This document shows positions 41,766 to 53,370 of a stretch of DNA of 64,000 bases, piece after piece (positions within the stretch are counted from its first letter, which is position 1; every line of letters begins with the position of its first letter). The DNA lies in assembly GCA_951406725.2 (NCBI GenBank), contig OX597818.1:98208001-98272000 (forward strand). Reading direction: 5' to 3'. Under the pieces are notes generated by a model, which saw only the letters and a program-made list of their open reading frames with translations, was not told the origin of the DNA and did not search any database. Both the position numbers and the translations under genes were made by a program. This stretch comes from Octopus vulgaris. Its lineage: Eukaryota.

Positions 41766-41928
41766 CGCAGGAGTGACTGTGTGGTAAGTAGCTTGCTAAC
41801 CAACCACATGGTTCCGGGTTCAGTCCCACTGCGTGGCATCTTGGGCAAGTGTCTTCTGCTATAGCCCCGGGCCGACCAATGCCTTGTGAGTGGATTTGGT
41901 AGACGGAAACTGAAAGAAGCCTGTCGTA

Positions 41929-41998
<70 letters not shown>

Positions 41999-42367
41999 TG
42001 TGTTTGTGTGTCTGTGTTTGTCCCCCTAGCATTGCTTGACAACCGATGATGGTGTGTTTACGTTCCTGTCACTTAGCGGTTCGGCAAACGATCCCGATAG
42101 AATAAGTACTGGGCTTACAAAGAATAAGTCCCGGGGTCGATTTGCTCGACTAAAGGCGGTGCTCCAGCATGGCCGCAGTCAAGTGACTGAAACAAGTAAA
42201 GAGTAAAAGAGTAAATATATATGAAAGGGCTTTCGAATTTTAGTTAAGCGTACATCAACGGATGCAGTACTTAAGCACATCATCAGCATTGCATCCTGGG
42301 GTCATTGGATGTTTCGGCGCTTACAACATAGACCTTCTTACAGATGACCAGAATTAGGTTAATAAAC
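41121..42367. repeat. 148-bp inverted repeat (41121-41268 / 42220-42367) abutting the PLE 5' end
   Basis: Arms are reverse complements with one mismatch seen by eye (41143); the ~950-bp spacer contains two family-A SINE pieces. Confidence 0.9.
41764..42212 (+). mobile_element. SINE family A, full length (plus 5' half copy at 41488-41651)
   Basis: tRNA-like head, TTGGGCAAG core, internal (TA)n(TG)n, GAGTAAAAGAGT tail. Confidence 0.9.
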
Positions 42368-42827
42368 GCAAAATTCATCAAGCAAACATCAACAGGAATA
42401 TAAATCATAACCAGAAAAAAATCCATTTTTTTACGTCAGGACAACAAACACCGGAGAAAGAAAAAATCCAAGAGGAAACATACCCCAAACAACTGAACGT
42501 ATAGATCCTAAAATAATTAATTTATCAAAAAGAGATCTTGACAATGATGAAATCCAACTTCTGTCAAAAGGACTGAAATTCACACCTACACCAACAGCCA
42601 ACCACCAAGAATTAAAGGAGGATATCCAAAAATTCTGTCGAAAATTACGACTTGTAGAATTCTTCGCTAACAAAAGTAATGAGATTGATGAATCCCTAGT
42701 AAGGAATAAATCAAATTTCACCCCACCAAAAGGAAGAAATAACTACCTTGACCAATACATTGATATCCTGTCTAAATTTCCCCTTAGACGCAATACCAAT
42801 GTTAGGCCAAACATTAGCAAATCAGAG

Positions 42828-44738
42828 ATGTCTGCATGTAAACGTATACAAAACGATCAAACAATAATAATTAAACAAGCAGATAAAGGTGGTGCAATTG
42901 TTATTATGGATACCGAATACTATAAGGATTTGGTTGAAGACCAACTGAAGGATACAACCTTCTATTGTGAAATACCCGCAAATATAGACCACCACATCAT
43001 GAAAAAGATCAACAACCTGATTTCAACACACCACAACTCACTTACGGATAATGAAAAAGACTACATCACCAATTTTGAACCAAAACCCAGCAACTTCTAC
43101 GGCTTACCAAAAATACACAAATCAAAAAACATTCAACAGGCAGTAAAAGAACAAGAAAGTGAGTACATAAAATTATTACATCCAAAAGACCTAAAACTTA
43201 GACCTATTATAGCTGGTCCAGCATGCCCTACACACCGTCTAAGCAATTTTATTGACATTGTTTTGAAACCACTATGTACTTACATACCAAGTTTCATCAG
43301 GGATGACATCGACTTCCTGTCCCATCTTCCCAAAACAACAGAAACAAATTCAGTTTTGCTAAGTTTTGATGTGGTAAGCCTCTACACCAATATTCCACAC
43401 GATTTAGGAATAAAGGCGATTAAATACTGGTTAGAAAAACATAGAGAAGTGATTCCCAGCAGATTCACAGTGCCATTTATATTAGACACAGTCAAACTTA
43501 TTCTAGAAAATAACACATTCTTCTTCAATGGAAAGAATTACATCCAAATTAGAGGCACGGCGATGGGAACGAGGTTTGCTCCCGTTTACGCCAACTCTGT
43601 AATGGGATACTTAGAAGAACAACTCTACCAAGAGGTGGAGGTAAACTATGGCACTGGATTTAGAAAGTATATTGAAAAGGCATGGAAGAGATACCTAGAC
43701 GACTGTTTCATAATCTGGACAGAATCTCTAAATACTCTGGAAGAGTTCAATATCCTCCTGAACAACCTACACCCATCTCTCAAATTTACAAAGGAGATGA
43801 GTAGTACCAAATTACCATTCCTGGATATAATGGTAATTAAAAAAGACACCACCATCACCACAGATATATACTATAAACACACAGACACACATCAATACCT
43901 AAATTTTAAGTCGTGCCATCCACCACATACAAAACGTAACATCCCATACTGCCTAGCCAGAAGAATTTGTACTATTGTAGAAGATGCAAATATCAGGAAC
44001 AAACGCCTAATAGAACTAAGAGAATTTTTGCTCAAACAAAAATACCCATCTCTACTTATAGAAAATGGCATACAGCGGGCTATAAAAATACCTATACAAC
44101 AACTTAGGACAACCCAAGGAAGAGGAAAACAAGAACAAGTCATACCATTCATAGTGACACACAACCCATGTCACCAGAATATCTTCAACATTGCCAAAGC
44201 AAACCTACCAATCATTGCCCAAAGTAATGAATTAAAAGACATAATCAAGGATCGAGCTATGGTGCTTAGTAAAAGACAGCCTAAAAACTTGAAAACATTA
44301 CTAACAAAGGCAAAATTTGACCTCAGCAACAAAGACCAAACATTCACGGTATCTAAATGCAATGATAGCCGATGTGGCACATGCCAATTCATACATACCG
44401 GTCAATATATAAACACAAAAACCGGGAAAATATTCACAAACGCGAATATGAACTGCAAAAGCAGAAATTTAATTTACTGCATCAAATGCCCAAATTGTGA
44501 AGAAATATATGTAGGTCAGACGGGAAACGCACTATTAGAACGCTCACGTGTACACCGGCAACAGATTAGAGACCCAGAGGTCCGTCAGATACCTTTGAGT
44601 AACCACCTAGCAACATGTGGTCGGAAAATATATATAATATTTCCATTCTACAAATTACACAGCCCAAGTGAAATCGAGAGGAAAATCAGAGAAAAGAATT
44701 TTATTGATAAATTCGAACCCAAGCTAAATAAGCAATAA
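42828..44738 (+). CDS. PLE reverse transcriptase / GIY-YIG endonuclease polyprotein (636 aa from first ATG; frame open from 42411)
   Basis: Motifs KQADKGGAIVIMD, FYGLPKIHK, LRPII, SFDVVSLYTNIP, GTAMGTRFAP, RYLDDCF, LPFLDI, YYKHTD, CNDSRCGTC linker and NLIYCIKCPNCEEIYVGQTG (GIY-YIG with CCHH); no internal stop. Confidence 0.95.
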   Translation: MSACKRIQNDQTIIIKQADKGGAIVIMDTEYYKDLVEDQLKDTTFYCEIPANIDHHIMKKINNLISTHHNSLTDNEKDYITNFEPKPSNFYGLPKIHKSKNIQQAVKEQESEYIKLLHPKDLKLRPIIAGPACPTHRLSNFIDIVLKPLCTYIPSFIRDDIDFLSHLPKTTETNSVLLSFDVVSLYTNIPHDLGIKAIKYWLEKHREVIPSRFTVPFILDTVKLILENNTFFFNGKNYIQIRGTAMGTRFAPVYANSVMGYLEEQLYQEVEVNYGTGFRKYIEKAWKRYLDDCFIIWTESLNTLEEFNILLNNLHPSLKFTKEMSSTKLPFLDIMVIKKDTTITTDIYYKHTDTHQYLNFKSCHPPHTKRNIPYCLARRICTIVEDANIRNKRLIELREFLLKQKYPSLLIENGIQRAIKIPIQQLRTTQGRGKQEQVIPFIVTHNPCHQNIFNIAKANLPIIAQSNELKDIIKDRAMVLSKRQPKNLKTLLTKAKFDLSNKDQTFTVSKCNDSRCGTCQFIHTGQYINTKTGKIFTNANMNCKSRNLIYCIKCPNCEEIYVGQTGNALLERSRVHRQQIRDPEVRQIPLSNHLATCGRKIYIIFPFYKLHSPSEIERKIREKNFIDKFEPKLNKQ

Positions 44739-45055
44739 TAATAATACTTAGAGGTATTACTTCCACTGCTACGACCATGACCACTAACAACAACAACAAT
44801 ACTAAAGGTGATCAAGACGAAGATAGCAGGAAAATTATCTTATTTAGGGTTAAAAGTTCTATTGCCACCACCATCACCACTAGCAACAATAATTAAGGTG
44901 CTGACAATGATGATGATGACAATTGAAATATAAAAATATAAAAATCTCTGACAAAGGATATTTACAACATTTCTAAAAATAACCCAACAATTGCTGCTTC
45001 GGCCAGGGTCAAGATACAGGACTCTTGACCTGTCCAACAAAGCGTGATGCCTAAA

Positions 45056-45197
45056 CCAATCAGCTCAACCAACCAATCAGCTTAAGTAATTGAGTGATAC
45101 TACACACTGATTGGTCAGAATACAGTTTGCAAAACCTAGCACTCTGGAGCCTACCCAGCTGTATTTATAGCACAGAATCACTCATCTTGCTACAGTC
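45056..45197 (+). promoter_or_regulatory. Putative Pol II promoter in the PLE pLTR
   Basis: CCAATCAG at 45056 and 45073, inverted CTGATTGG at 45107-45114, TATTTATA at 45162-45169, Inr-like CAGT at 45193-45196 (about 31 bp after the start of the TATA-like box). Confidence 0.5.
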
Positions 45198-45232
45198 AAA
45201 AATTGTGAAGCATGACTGTCAACACTACTACA

Positions 45233-45277
45233 TGAACCCGAAGATTGCAGAATTCAATGCATGAAAGTACTAGTTCA
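45233..45277 (+). ncRNA. Minimal type I hammerhead ribozyme motif in the PLE pLTR (U4C core)
   Basis: TGAAC-CCGAAGA-T-TGCA-GAATTCAA-TGCA-T-GAAA-GTAC-TA-GTTCA; palindromic AGTACT helix III; predicted cleavage after A45272; sense to the ORF. Confidence 0.75.
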
Positions 45278-45412
45278 ATCAGAATGAATATTTAACATTC
45301 TACTATTTCATTTTATTTTATTCAATTATAATATATTATCTTATAATATATCATTATAAGATTGTAAATAAAACGTGAAAATCAGACAAGGTTGGAATTC
45401 TTTTTATTATAT

Positions 45413-45789
45413 ACTAGCAGTATCGCCCGGCGTTGCTCAGGTTTGTAAGGGAAATAACTATAAAGCATTTTTAGAGAGTTATAGCCAAAAAATAGCAAAA
45501 AAATGGAAAAAAATTATGGTAAATTTTTTTTTTAGTTAAAAAAAGGTGGAGTTGCGTCCCCTGGACAGTTTGCGGGTTGTGTTTCAATTCTCGACCCCAT
45601 GTCGAATTTATCGATTTTTTTCAGAACTGGGGGAACTTTTCAAAATTTTCGCTGCGTTAGTTTTGAATTATGACATTGGGCTATGTGTGTGTCAAGTTTC
45701 ATCAGAATCGGTTGAAAGCCGTGGTCAGGGTGAGGGTACAAGCAAACAGACACACAGAAACACGCACAGACAAACTGCCGTTTATATAT

Positions 45790-45793
<4 letters not shown>
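45413..45793 (-). mobile_element. Non-autonomous Helitron-like element
   Basis: ACTAGCAGTATCGCCCGGCGTTGCTC.GGTTTGTAAGGGAAATAACTATA matches the end at 1285; the other end is CAGACAAACTGCCGTTTATATATAGAT. Confidence 0.7.
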
Positions 45794-45834
<41 letters not shown>

Positions 45835-45954
45835 TATAGGTATGTATATATTAGTGTGTATGTGTCTATGTTTGTCCCCCAACCACATTCGCTTGACAAC
45901 CGATGTTGGTGTGTTTACATCCTCATAACTTAGCGGATCGGAGAAAGGGACTAA

Positions 45955-46865
45955 GAAAACACCTCGCATCATACTATCATAATACTGAAATACCTATAAA
46001 ACCGTCAAAAACTTATTTGTTTTATATGATTTATCTTTAGTCTTGCTTAATATGTTTTGCTAAAATTGCTGTTTCTTTTTAGATATCATCAGAAAAAAGC
46101 TATTTAAAAGTCATTGAAATGACCGATCTGTCGGACTTTCAAAGATGTCAAATTGTTGGTTCTCATATGGCAGGCGCTAGCGTAATGAAAACGTCGAAAT
46201 TCTTGGTGTATCAAGAAGTACTGTCTCGAAACTAATGACAGCCTTTGAGAAAGAGGTGAAAACCTCCTTGTCGAAACAAAACTCCAGAAGAAAACCAAAA
46301 CTTTCAGATAGGGACCGTCGGAATCTTATGCGAATTGTTAGAAAGGATCACAAAAGTACAGCCCCCAAAATTACTGTAGAGCTTAATGACCACCGCGAGA
46401 AGCCAGTTTCCACAAAAACTGTTTGCTGGGAGCTGCACTAAACCGGATTTCTCGGGAGGGTTGCAATCAGAAAACCAGAACTGTTTCCGGCTGGAAACGC
46501 AATCTTTCAAGATGATAATGCATTCACACAGCTAAAGTTGTTACTGAATGGTACGAGGAACATTCTAGTGAATTTGAACATCGTATCTGGCTACCACAGT
46601 CCCCAGATCTCAATATTATTGAACATTTATGGTGCATTTTGGAAAAACAAGTAGGGAGTCGGTTTCTACCACTATCATCACTACAAGAACTGGAGACTGT
46701 TTCAGCTGAATAGACAAAAAATCATTTGGAAACAATTCAAACATTGTACGTGTCCATGCTCGTAGAATTCAAGCTGTGATTATTACCAAAGGCGGGCCAA
46801 CCCCATATTAAAATAAATTTGTTTGAAATTTTAAAGTGTTTCCATTATTTTGCCCAACCCCTGTA
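45955..46865 (+). pseudogene. Tc1-like transposon relic, internally deleted
   Basis: MTDLSDFQRCQIVG, RRKPKLSDRDRRNL, AIFQDDNA and WLPQSPDLNIIEHLW across frames; right TIR ...TTTCCATTATTTTGCCCAACCCCTG-TA. Confidence 0.85.
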
Positions 46866-46995
46866 TATATGTATATAACGCCAACGCACGAAATTCTCGG
46901 CTCTTGAGTCACTCTGTTGCTTCTGCTAAATATTAATAACAAAACATAAATATACTCATATTCTGCGCTCAACTTTTCTTGCTTGCATCCCAAAA

Positions 46996-47079
<84 letters not shown>

Positions 47080-47135
47080 GGGAGATGTACTCGCATAGCA
47101 AGTAATTTGATCTGAGATCGTGTGCTGAAACGAAA

Positions 47136-47356
47136 ACAATTGCAGCGTGGAGGGTGTTTATAAGCCATTTAAGAAACATACAAAAGCCGTTCGATTCACT
47201 TCAACATTTAAGTTTAATTTGTCAAAATATTTTCGTCGCTAAAATCCGCGACCTGTTCACTGACAAAAATCCGTGCTGCATCAGATGTTGAAGTGAATCG
47301 AACGGCTTTTGTGTGTTTCTTAAATGGCTTATAAACACCTTCCACGCTGCAATTGT
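47136..47356. repeat. 72-bp inverted repeat (47136-47207 / 47285-47356) enclosing a hammerhead motif
   Basis: Arms differ at two positions by eye; the cassette (~47080-47356) sits between (TA)n runs. Confidence 0.9.
47218..47267 (-). ncRNA. Minimal hammerhead motif with compensatory G3-C8 core
   Basis: Minus: TTTGTCA-GTGAACA-G-GTCGC-GGATTTTA-GCGAC-GAAA-ATAT-TT-TGACAAA; perfect 7-bp helix I and 5-bp helix II; palindromic AAAATATTTT. Confidence 0.7.
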
Positions 47357-47374
47357 ATATATATATATATATAT

Positions 47375-47522
47375 AGGCGCAGGAGTGGGTGCGTTGTAAG
47401 TAGCTTGCTTACCAGCCACATGGTTCCGGGTTCACCTTGGGCAAATGTCTTCTACTGTAGCCTCGGGCCGACCAAAGCCTTGTGGGTGGATTTGGCAGAC
47501 GGAGGCTGAAAGAGGCCCGTCG

Positions 47523-47603
<81 letters not shown>

Positions 47604-47604
47604 A

Positions 47605-47649
<45 letters not shown>

Positions 47650-47845
47650 ATGTATGTCTGTGTGTCTGCGTTTGTCTCCTGAATATCGCTTGACAACCCA
47701 TGCGTCCCCATCACTTAGCGGTTCAGCAAGAGAGACCGATAGAATAAGTACTAGGCTTAAAAAGAATTAGTCCTGGTGTCGATTTGCTCGACTAAATGCG
47801 GTGTTTCAGCATAGCCGCAGTCAAGTGACTGGAACAAATAAAAGA
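47375..47845 (+). mobile_element. SINE family A with expanded internal (TG)n
   Basis: GGCGCAGGAGTGGG head through GACTGGAACAAATAAAAGA tail. Confidence 0.85.
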
Positions 47846-47881
47846 TAAAAAAAGAAAGGAAAAAATAATATATATATATAC

Positions 47882-47915
<34 letters not shown>

Positions 47916-48051
47916 TCACTTATAATAAAAAGAATTTTACATAAATCTGATGGGTTACTCTTGACTTTTGTAGAGTAGAATTTCTTATTCTTATATCAGA
48001 ATGTTGCTGACTGTGACTAAGCTAATGTCGGCTTACATATATATATATTTA

Positions 48052-48143
<92 letters not shown>

Positions 48144-48444
48144 GCTGTCTTAAGATGCAGGCAAATTAGGCGGTTACCCAGGGGCTTTATGGATCTAAAG
48201 GGCCCAATTCTGATCTATGTATTCTGTGGTTTACAATCATTAAAAGGTGAGAAGTGCATTGATTTGTCCGGGGTCCATAGAGCTACTAAAACTACCCCGA
48301 ATGTAATCCCAGTCTAGGATGTGCAAACAACTCGGAAAGTCACGGCTGGAGTGTTTTTTGACATAGCTTTGATGGGATCAGGGCTGATGTGTGTCTATAC
48401 AATAGCATCGACGACAATGGCGACATTTTTGCCAATTTAAAAAG

Positions 48445-48761
48445 ACTCCGCCGGTTACGACGATGAGGGTCCCAGCTGATACGATCAACGGAACAGCTTG
48501 CTCGTGAAATTAACGTGCAAATGGCTGAGCATTCCACAGACACGTGTACCCTTAACGTAGTTCTCGGGGATAATCAGCGTGACACAGAGAGTGACAAGGC
48601 TGACCCTTTGAAATACAAGTACAACTCATTTTTGCCAGCTGAGTGGACTGGAGCAACGTGAAATAAAGTGTCTTGCTCAAGGACACAACGCGTCGCCGGG
48701 AATCGAACTCACAACCTTACGATCATGAGCCGAATGCCCTAACCACTAAGCCACGCGCCCT
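48445..48761 (-). mobile_element. SINE with B2 head and B1-type tail
   Basis: Minus: GAGGGCGCGTGGCTTAGTGGTTAGG...GAGTTCGATTCCC; tail CCTTGTCACTCTCTGTGTCACGCTG...CGTCGTAACCG shared with 20597 and 57675. Confidence 0.85.
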
Positions 48762-48849
48762 CACTTTTGCCAATAGCAATGGTAAATATAACGATAATGA
48801 GAATTAGAAGATGATAATGACATTAATGACGATTTCAACGATTACAAGA

Positions 48850-49304
48850 ACAGCAACAACAACAACAACAGCAACAACAGCAATAGCAGCATCGTCAGCA
48901 GCAGCAGCAACAATAAAGATGATGACGAAAATAGCGATAATAATAACGACAACAACAATATGATACCACCATCACCACCACCACCACCACGGCAGCAAAA
49001 AACAACGCAACAACATTAAAAACAACAACAACAACAATAACAATGAACAGCAGCAACAACAATAACAACAACGATGAGACGGCCTTACAACAACAATAAC
49101 AAGGACAACAACATAACAACAACAACGACAACATGAGCAACGGACGACAAAACAACGTCAAACAAAAACATGGACAATGTGTGGTAAGAAGTCTGCTTCC
49201 CAACCACATGGTTATGGGTTCAGTTTCACTGCGTGGTACCCTGAGCAAGTACCCTCTACTATAACCCGTTGCTGACCAAAGCCCTCTGAGTGGATTTGGC
49301 AGGC

Positions 49305-49342
<38 letters not shown>

Positions 49343-49466
49343 GGCTACCAAATCCACTCAGAAAGCTTTGGTCAGCAACGGCTATAGTAGAAGGTACTAG
49401 TTCAGGGTACCACGCAGTGGAACTGAACAGGTAGCCATACATATATAACCACCATATATACATACA

Positions 49467-49515
<49 letters not shown>

Positions 49516-49555
49516 GCACACACACACAAACACACATATATATATACATACGTAC

Positions 49556-49604
<49 letters not shown>

Positions 49605-49975
49605 CATACACACATACATATATATATATAAAACACACACACAAACATATATATATATATACATATATGTCGTTAGTGCTCCAGCATAGCCGCAGCCAGA
49701 TGACTGAAACAAGTAAAAAAGAAAATAAAAACACCAAAAAAACAAACTTACATCGTAAAACCACCTCCATCAACACCGACACCATCAACATCACCATGAC
49801 AACAACAGCGATAGCTAAAAAGAAACAATAGCAATATCAACAAGAATTCTCAACAATAACAACAACCAACAGTCAAAACAACAACCCACCATCACAACAA
49901 CAACGACAATATCAACAACAGCATCAACAACAACAACAACAACAACAACCACCCACTACAAGAAAAACAACAAGG
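48850..49975. repeat. Degenerate (CAA/CAG)n low-complexity tract interrupted by a rearranged family-A SINE
   Basis: AAC/CAG/CAC triplets at 48850-49170 and 49770-49975; SINE pieces at 49178-49720. Confidence 0.8.
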
Positions 49976-50276
49976 ACTTAAAAACTGAGTCGAAAAGAAC
50001 GATGACGAGTGTTTAACGTAATTTCCTTGCCGGGTGTAGAGTTACGAAGCGTGTGAAAGTTGGTTCTCTCCAGCAGATGTCGTGGCGATAACACCCCCGC
50101 ATTCTAAAGATGTGACGGCTGGTTGAGGGGGTGACTTGATGCTAAATTTACATCACTAATTACTGTCCCAAACAACATTGGGCGTTCACAGGTTTCCGTC
50201 TGATATAACATTCCACTAACTCGCAATCTCTCACACTCCCTTCACGCACACACACAAACACAGACACACAGACACA

Positions 50277-50324
<48 letters not shown>

Positions 50325-50447
50325 TACGTTTATGTCTACATAGATATATGCGTGCATGCATATATATATGTCCATTTGTGTGTCAATATATATGTATGTA
50401 TGTATGTTTGTATGTATGTTTGTATGTATGTTTATGTGTATGTGTGT

Positions 50448-50523
<76 letters not shown>

Positions 50524-50660
50524 TGCATATATATATATACATACACATACATACATACATACATACATACATGTATATACAATCATGTGCGCTATGTCAC
50601 TATGTTATGTATGTACGTATGTATATATGTATATGTACAGACATGCATATATATATACAC

Positions 50661-50771
<111 letters not shown>

Positions 50772-51360
50772 CAAACACACACCCACATATATACACATAC
50801 ATAAAATAGCGACATAGCACACGCTCAAAACATACGTTCGTAATATAGTTACATAGATAAATAAACTGCATGCATGTGTGTATGTATATATATATATGTG
50901 TGTGTGTTTGTGTTTGTCTGTGTGCGTCTTTATATGTGTGTATATATGTATATATATATTTATATGTAATAGAAGCAACATCTTATATACATAGTAGGCT
51001 CACAATCATGCATACATTTATTCATACTAACTTATGCTTAGACAAGCTGACATATGCATACTTGCATACACACACACACACATACATACATACATACATA
51101 CATACATACATACATACATACATGCATACGTACATATATATACATACATGCATACATTCATGCATACATGCATACAGACAAACATTCATACATGCATACA
51201 TACATACATACATACATACATACATACATACATACATACATACATACATACATACATACATAGTTAATCCAAACAAGAAAACACAAAAAAACACAATAAC
51301 GCGAGGACGTGGAACAAATATAGTATTATTGGACGCTCAGGAAAGAAGGGAAGAAGGAGG

Positions 51361-51395
51361 GCTTAACGTTTCGAGCGGAGCTCTTCGTCGGAAAC
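51361..51395 (-). ncRNA. Minimal hammerhead motif (U4C core) in a ~190-bp cassette inside (TACA)n
   Basis: Minus: GTTT-CCGACGA-A-GAGC-TCC-GCTC-GAAA-CG-TT-AAGC; palindromic AACGTT. Confidence 0.55.
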
Positions 51396-51891
51396 ATAGG
51401 AGAAGGAAAGACAGAGGAAAAACTCGCCAACGGTACACACGAGGTCATACATGCATACATACATACATACATGCATACATACATACATACATACATACAT
51501 ACATACATACATACATACATACATACATTCATTCATACATACATACATACATACATACATACATGCATACAATCTCACTCGGCGTAAATAAACGTGTTGA
51601 CAAATATATTAACTGAGGCTGTGAACCCGCAGAATCGTAAGAGACTCGAACAGAATTGCTTTGAGTTCGCATCCCATCGAGGCTACTGTTCTTTTTTTTA
51701 ACTTCTCAGTAACGATAATTAATATTCTTGCACAAGAGTGAGGGCAATTCTTTCCTTCCTTCTTTCTTTCATTCTTTCTTTTCTTTTCTTTTTATTTCTT
51801 TGTTTCGTTCACTGTCTCTATCTGCCTGTCTGTCTCTGTCTCTGCTTGTCTGTCTGTCTCTGTCTCTGTCTCCCTCTCTCTCTGTCTGACA

Positions 51892-51930
<39 letters not shown>

Positions 51931-52503
51931 ACTCTCAGAAACCGGTAGCGCTAAGGACGGCAGAGAGTTGGACTCGGTCACTTTTGATCCCTGAGACGCA
52001 ACTGGACCCTCAGTCCTCAGTGCATTGTGTTAAAAAATTGAAGGTCACTTTCGAAAGTTCGAAGTTACAGTCATTTTTTTTTACTTATAAAAATAATCTG
52101 ACACTCAAAGTTGATGAGTAATTTGTCATAAAAATGTTTGTTTTTATGCATAACTATACATAAAACCAAACACCAATGTGTGTATTTATATACACATGTA
52201 TATATATATATATATATACATATATATACATATTTATTCGCAAGACGCATACAGACACACATATATATGGATATAAGTATGTATACATATAAGTATATAT
52301 ACGTATATACATACATATATATAATACATATACATGCATACATACACGCATACATATATACTTATAAATATATGTATATATATGTATAATATATATGTAT
52401 ATATATGTATATATATATATGTATGTATGTGTGTATATATATATATATATATCTATATCTACATACATATGTGCGTATGAGTATATATATATATATATGT
52501 ATG

Positions 52504-52685
<182 letters not shown>

Positions 52686-53279
52686 CATATACAAAATGAT
52701 GGGGAAAGAGCAGGAATGGGAGAAACTAGTAGATGGTTTGGTAGGAGCGTACATGAGTATCAGTTTTTATGTGGGACAAAAATATCACTACTTCCAAAGT
52801 CTGCGATGAAAAAGTGATTCTTAATTCATCCAACAGAGACAAACAACCTCAGCAGATATACATTCCATATAAAGTTAGAAGTGAAATGACTCGGCAAAAC
52901 TATCGACTGCAGTCAGTGAGCAAAAGGGGCGTTTTTATTTTATTCTCTTTTTATTTTATTCTATATTTTATTTTTTATTTTATTTTATTTTATTTCCTTT
53001 AATGTGTAAGTGTCTTTGGCTGTCCGTCTGAGGGAGAGCGCTTAAAAAAATGTTAGTTGTTCGCTTCAGTTTCATACATGGCCTTGAGCAGATCGTGTGA
53101 ATGTATGTGGTGGTATGAGTGCGTGCGTGCGTGCTTTTGTGTCTGAGCTGTGTACGTATGCGTGTGTGTATGTATACATAAATATCTACATACACACACA
53201 CACACACACACACACGCATATATATATATCGAAATACTCAATGCCATAAAAGTGAGTGTGTATATGCATGCATATACAT

Positions 53280-53370
<91 letters not shown>

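Larger units (their letters stand above)
42368..45410 (+). mobile_element. Penelope-like retroelement (Naiad/Neptune-like), 5' truncated, intact RT-EN frame, 3' pLTR
   Basis: Long RT plus GIY-YIG ORF followed by a ~670-bp 3' region with CCAAT/TATA-like boxes, a hammerhead motif and AATAAA (45367-45372), ending at a TA-rich junction. Confidence 0.9.

Noticed and set aside
42411-44738. Selenocysteine recoding as reported for some Naiad PLEs
   Set aside because: No in-frame TGA in this ORF, so there is no evidence for Sec insertion.
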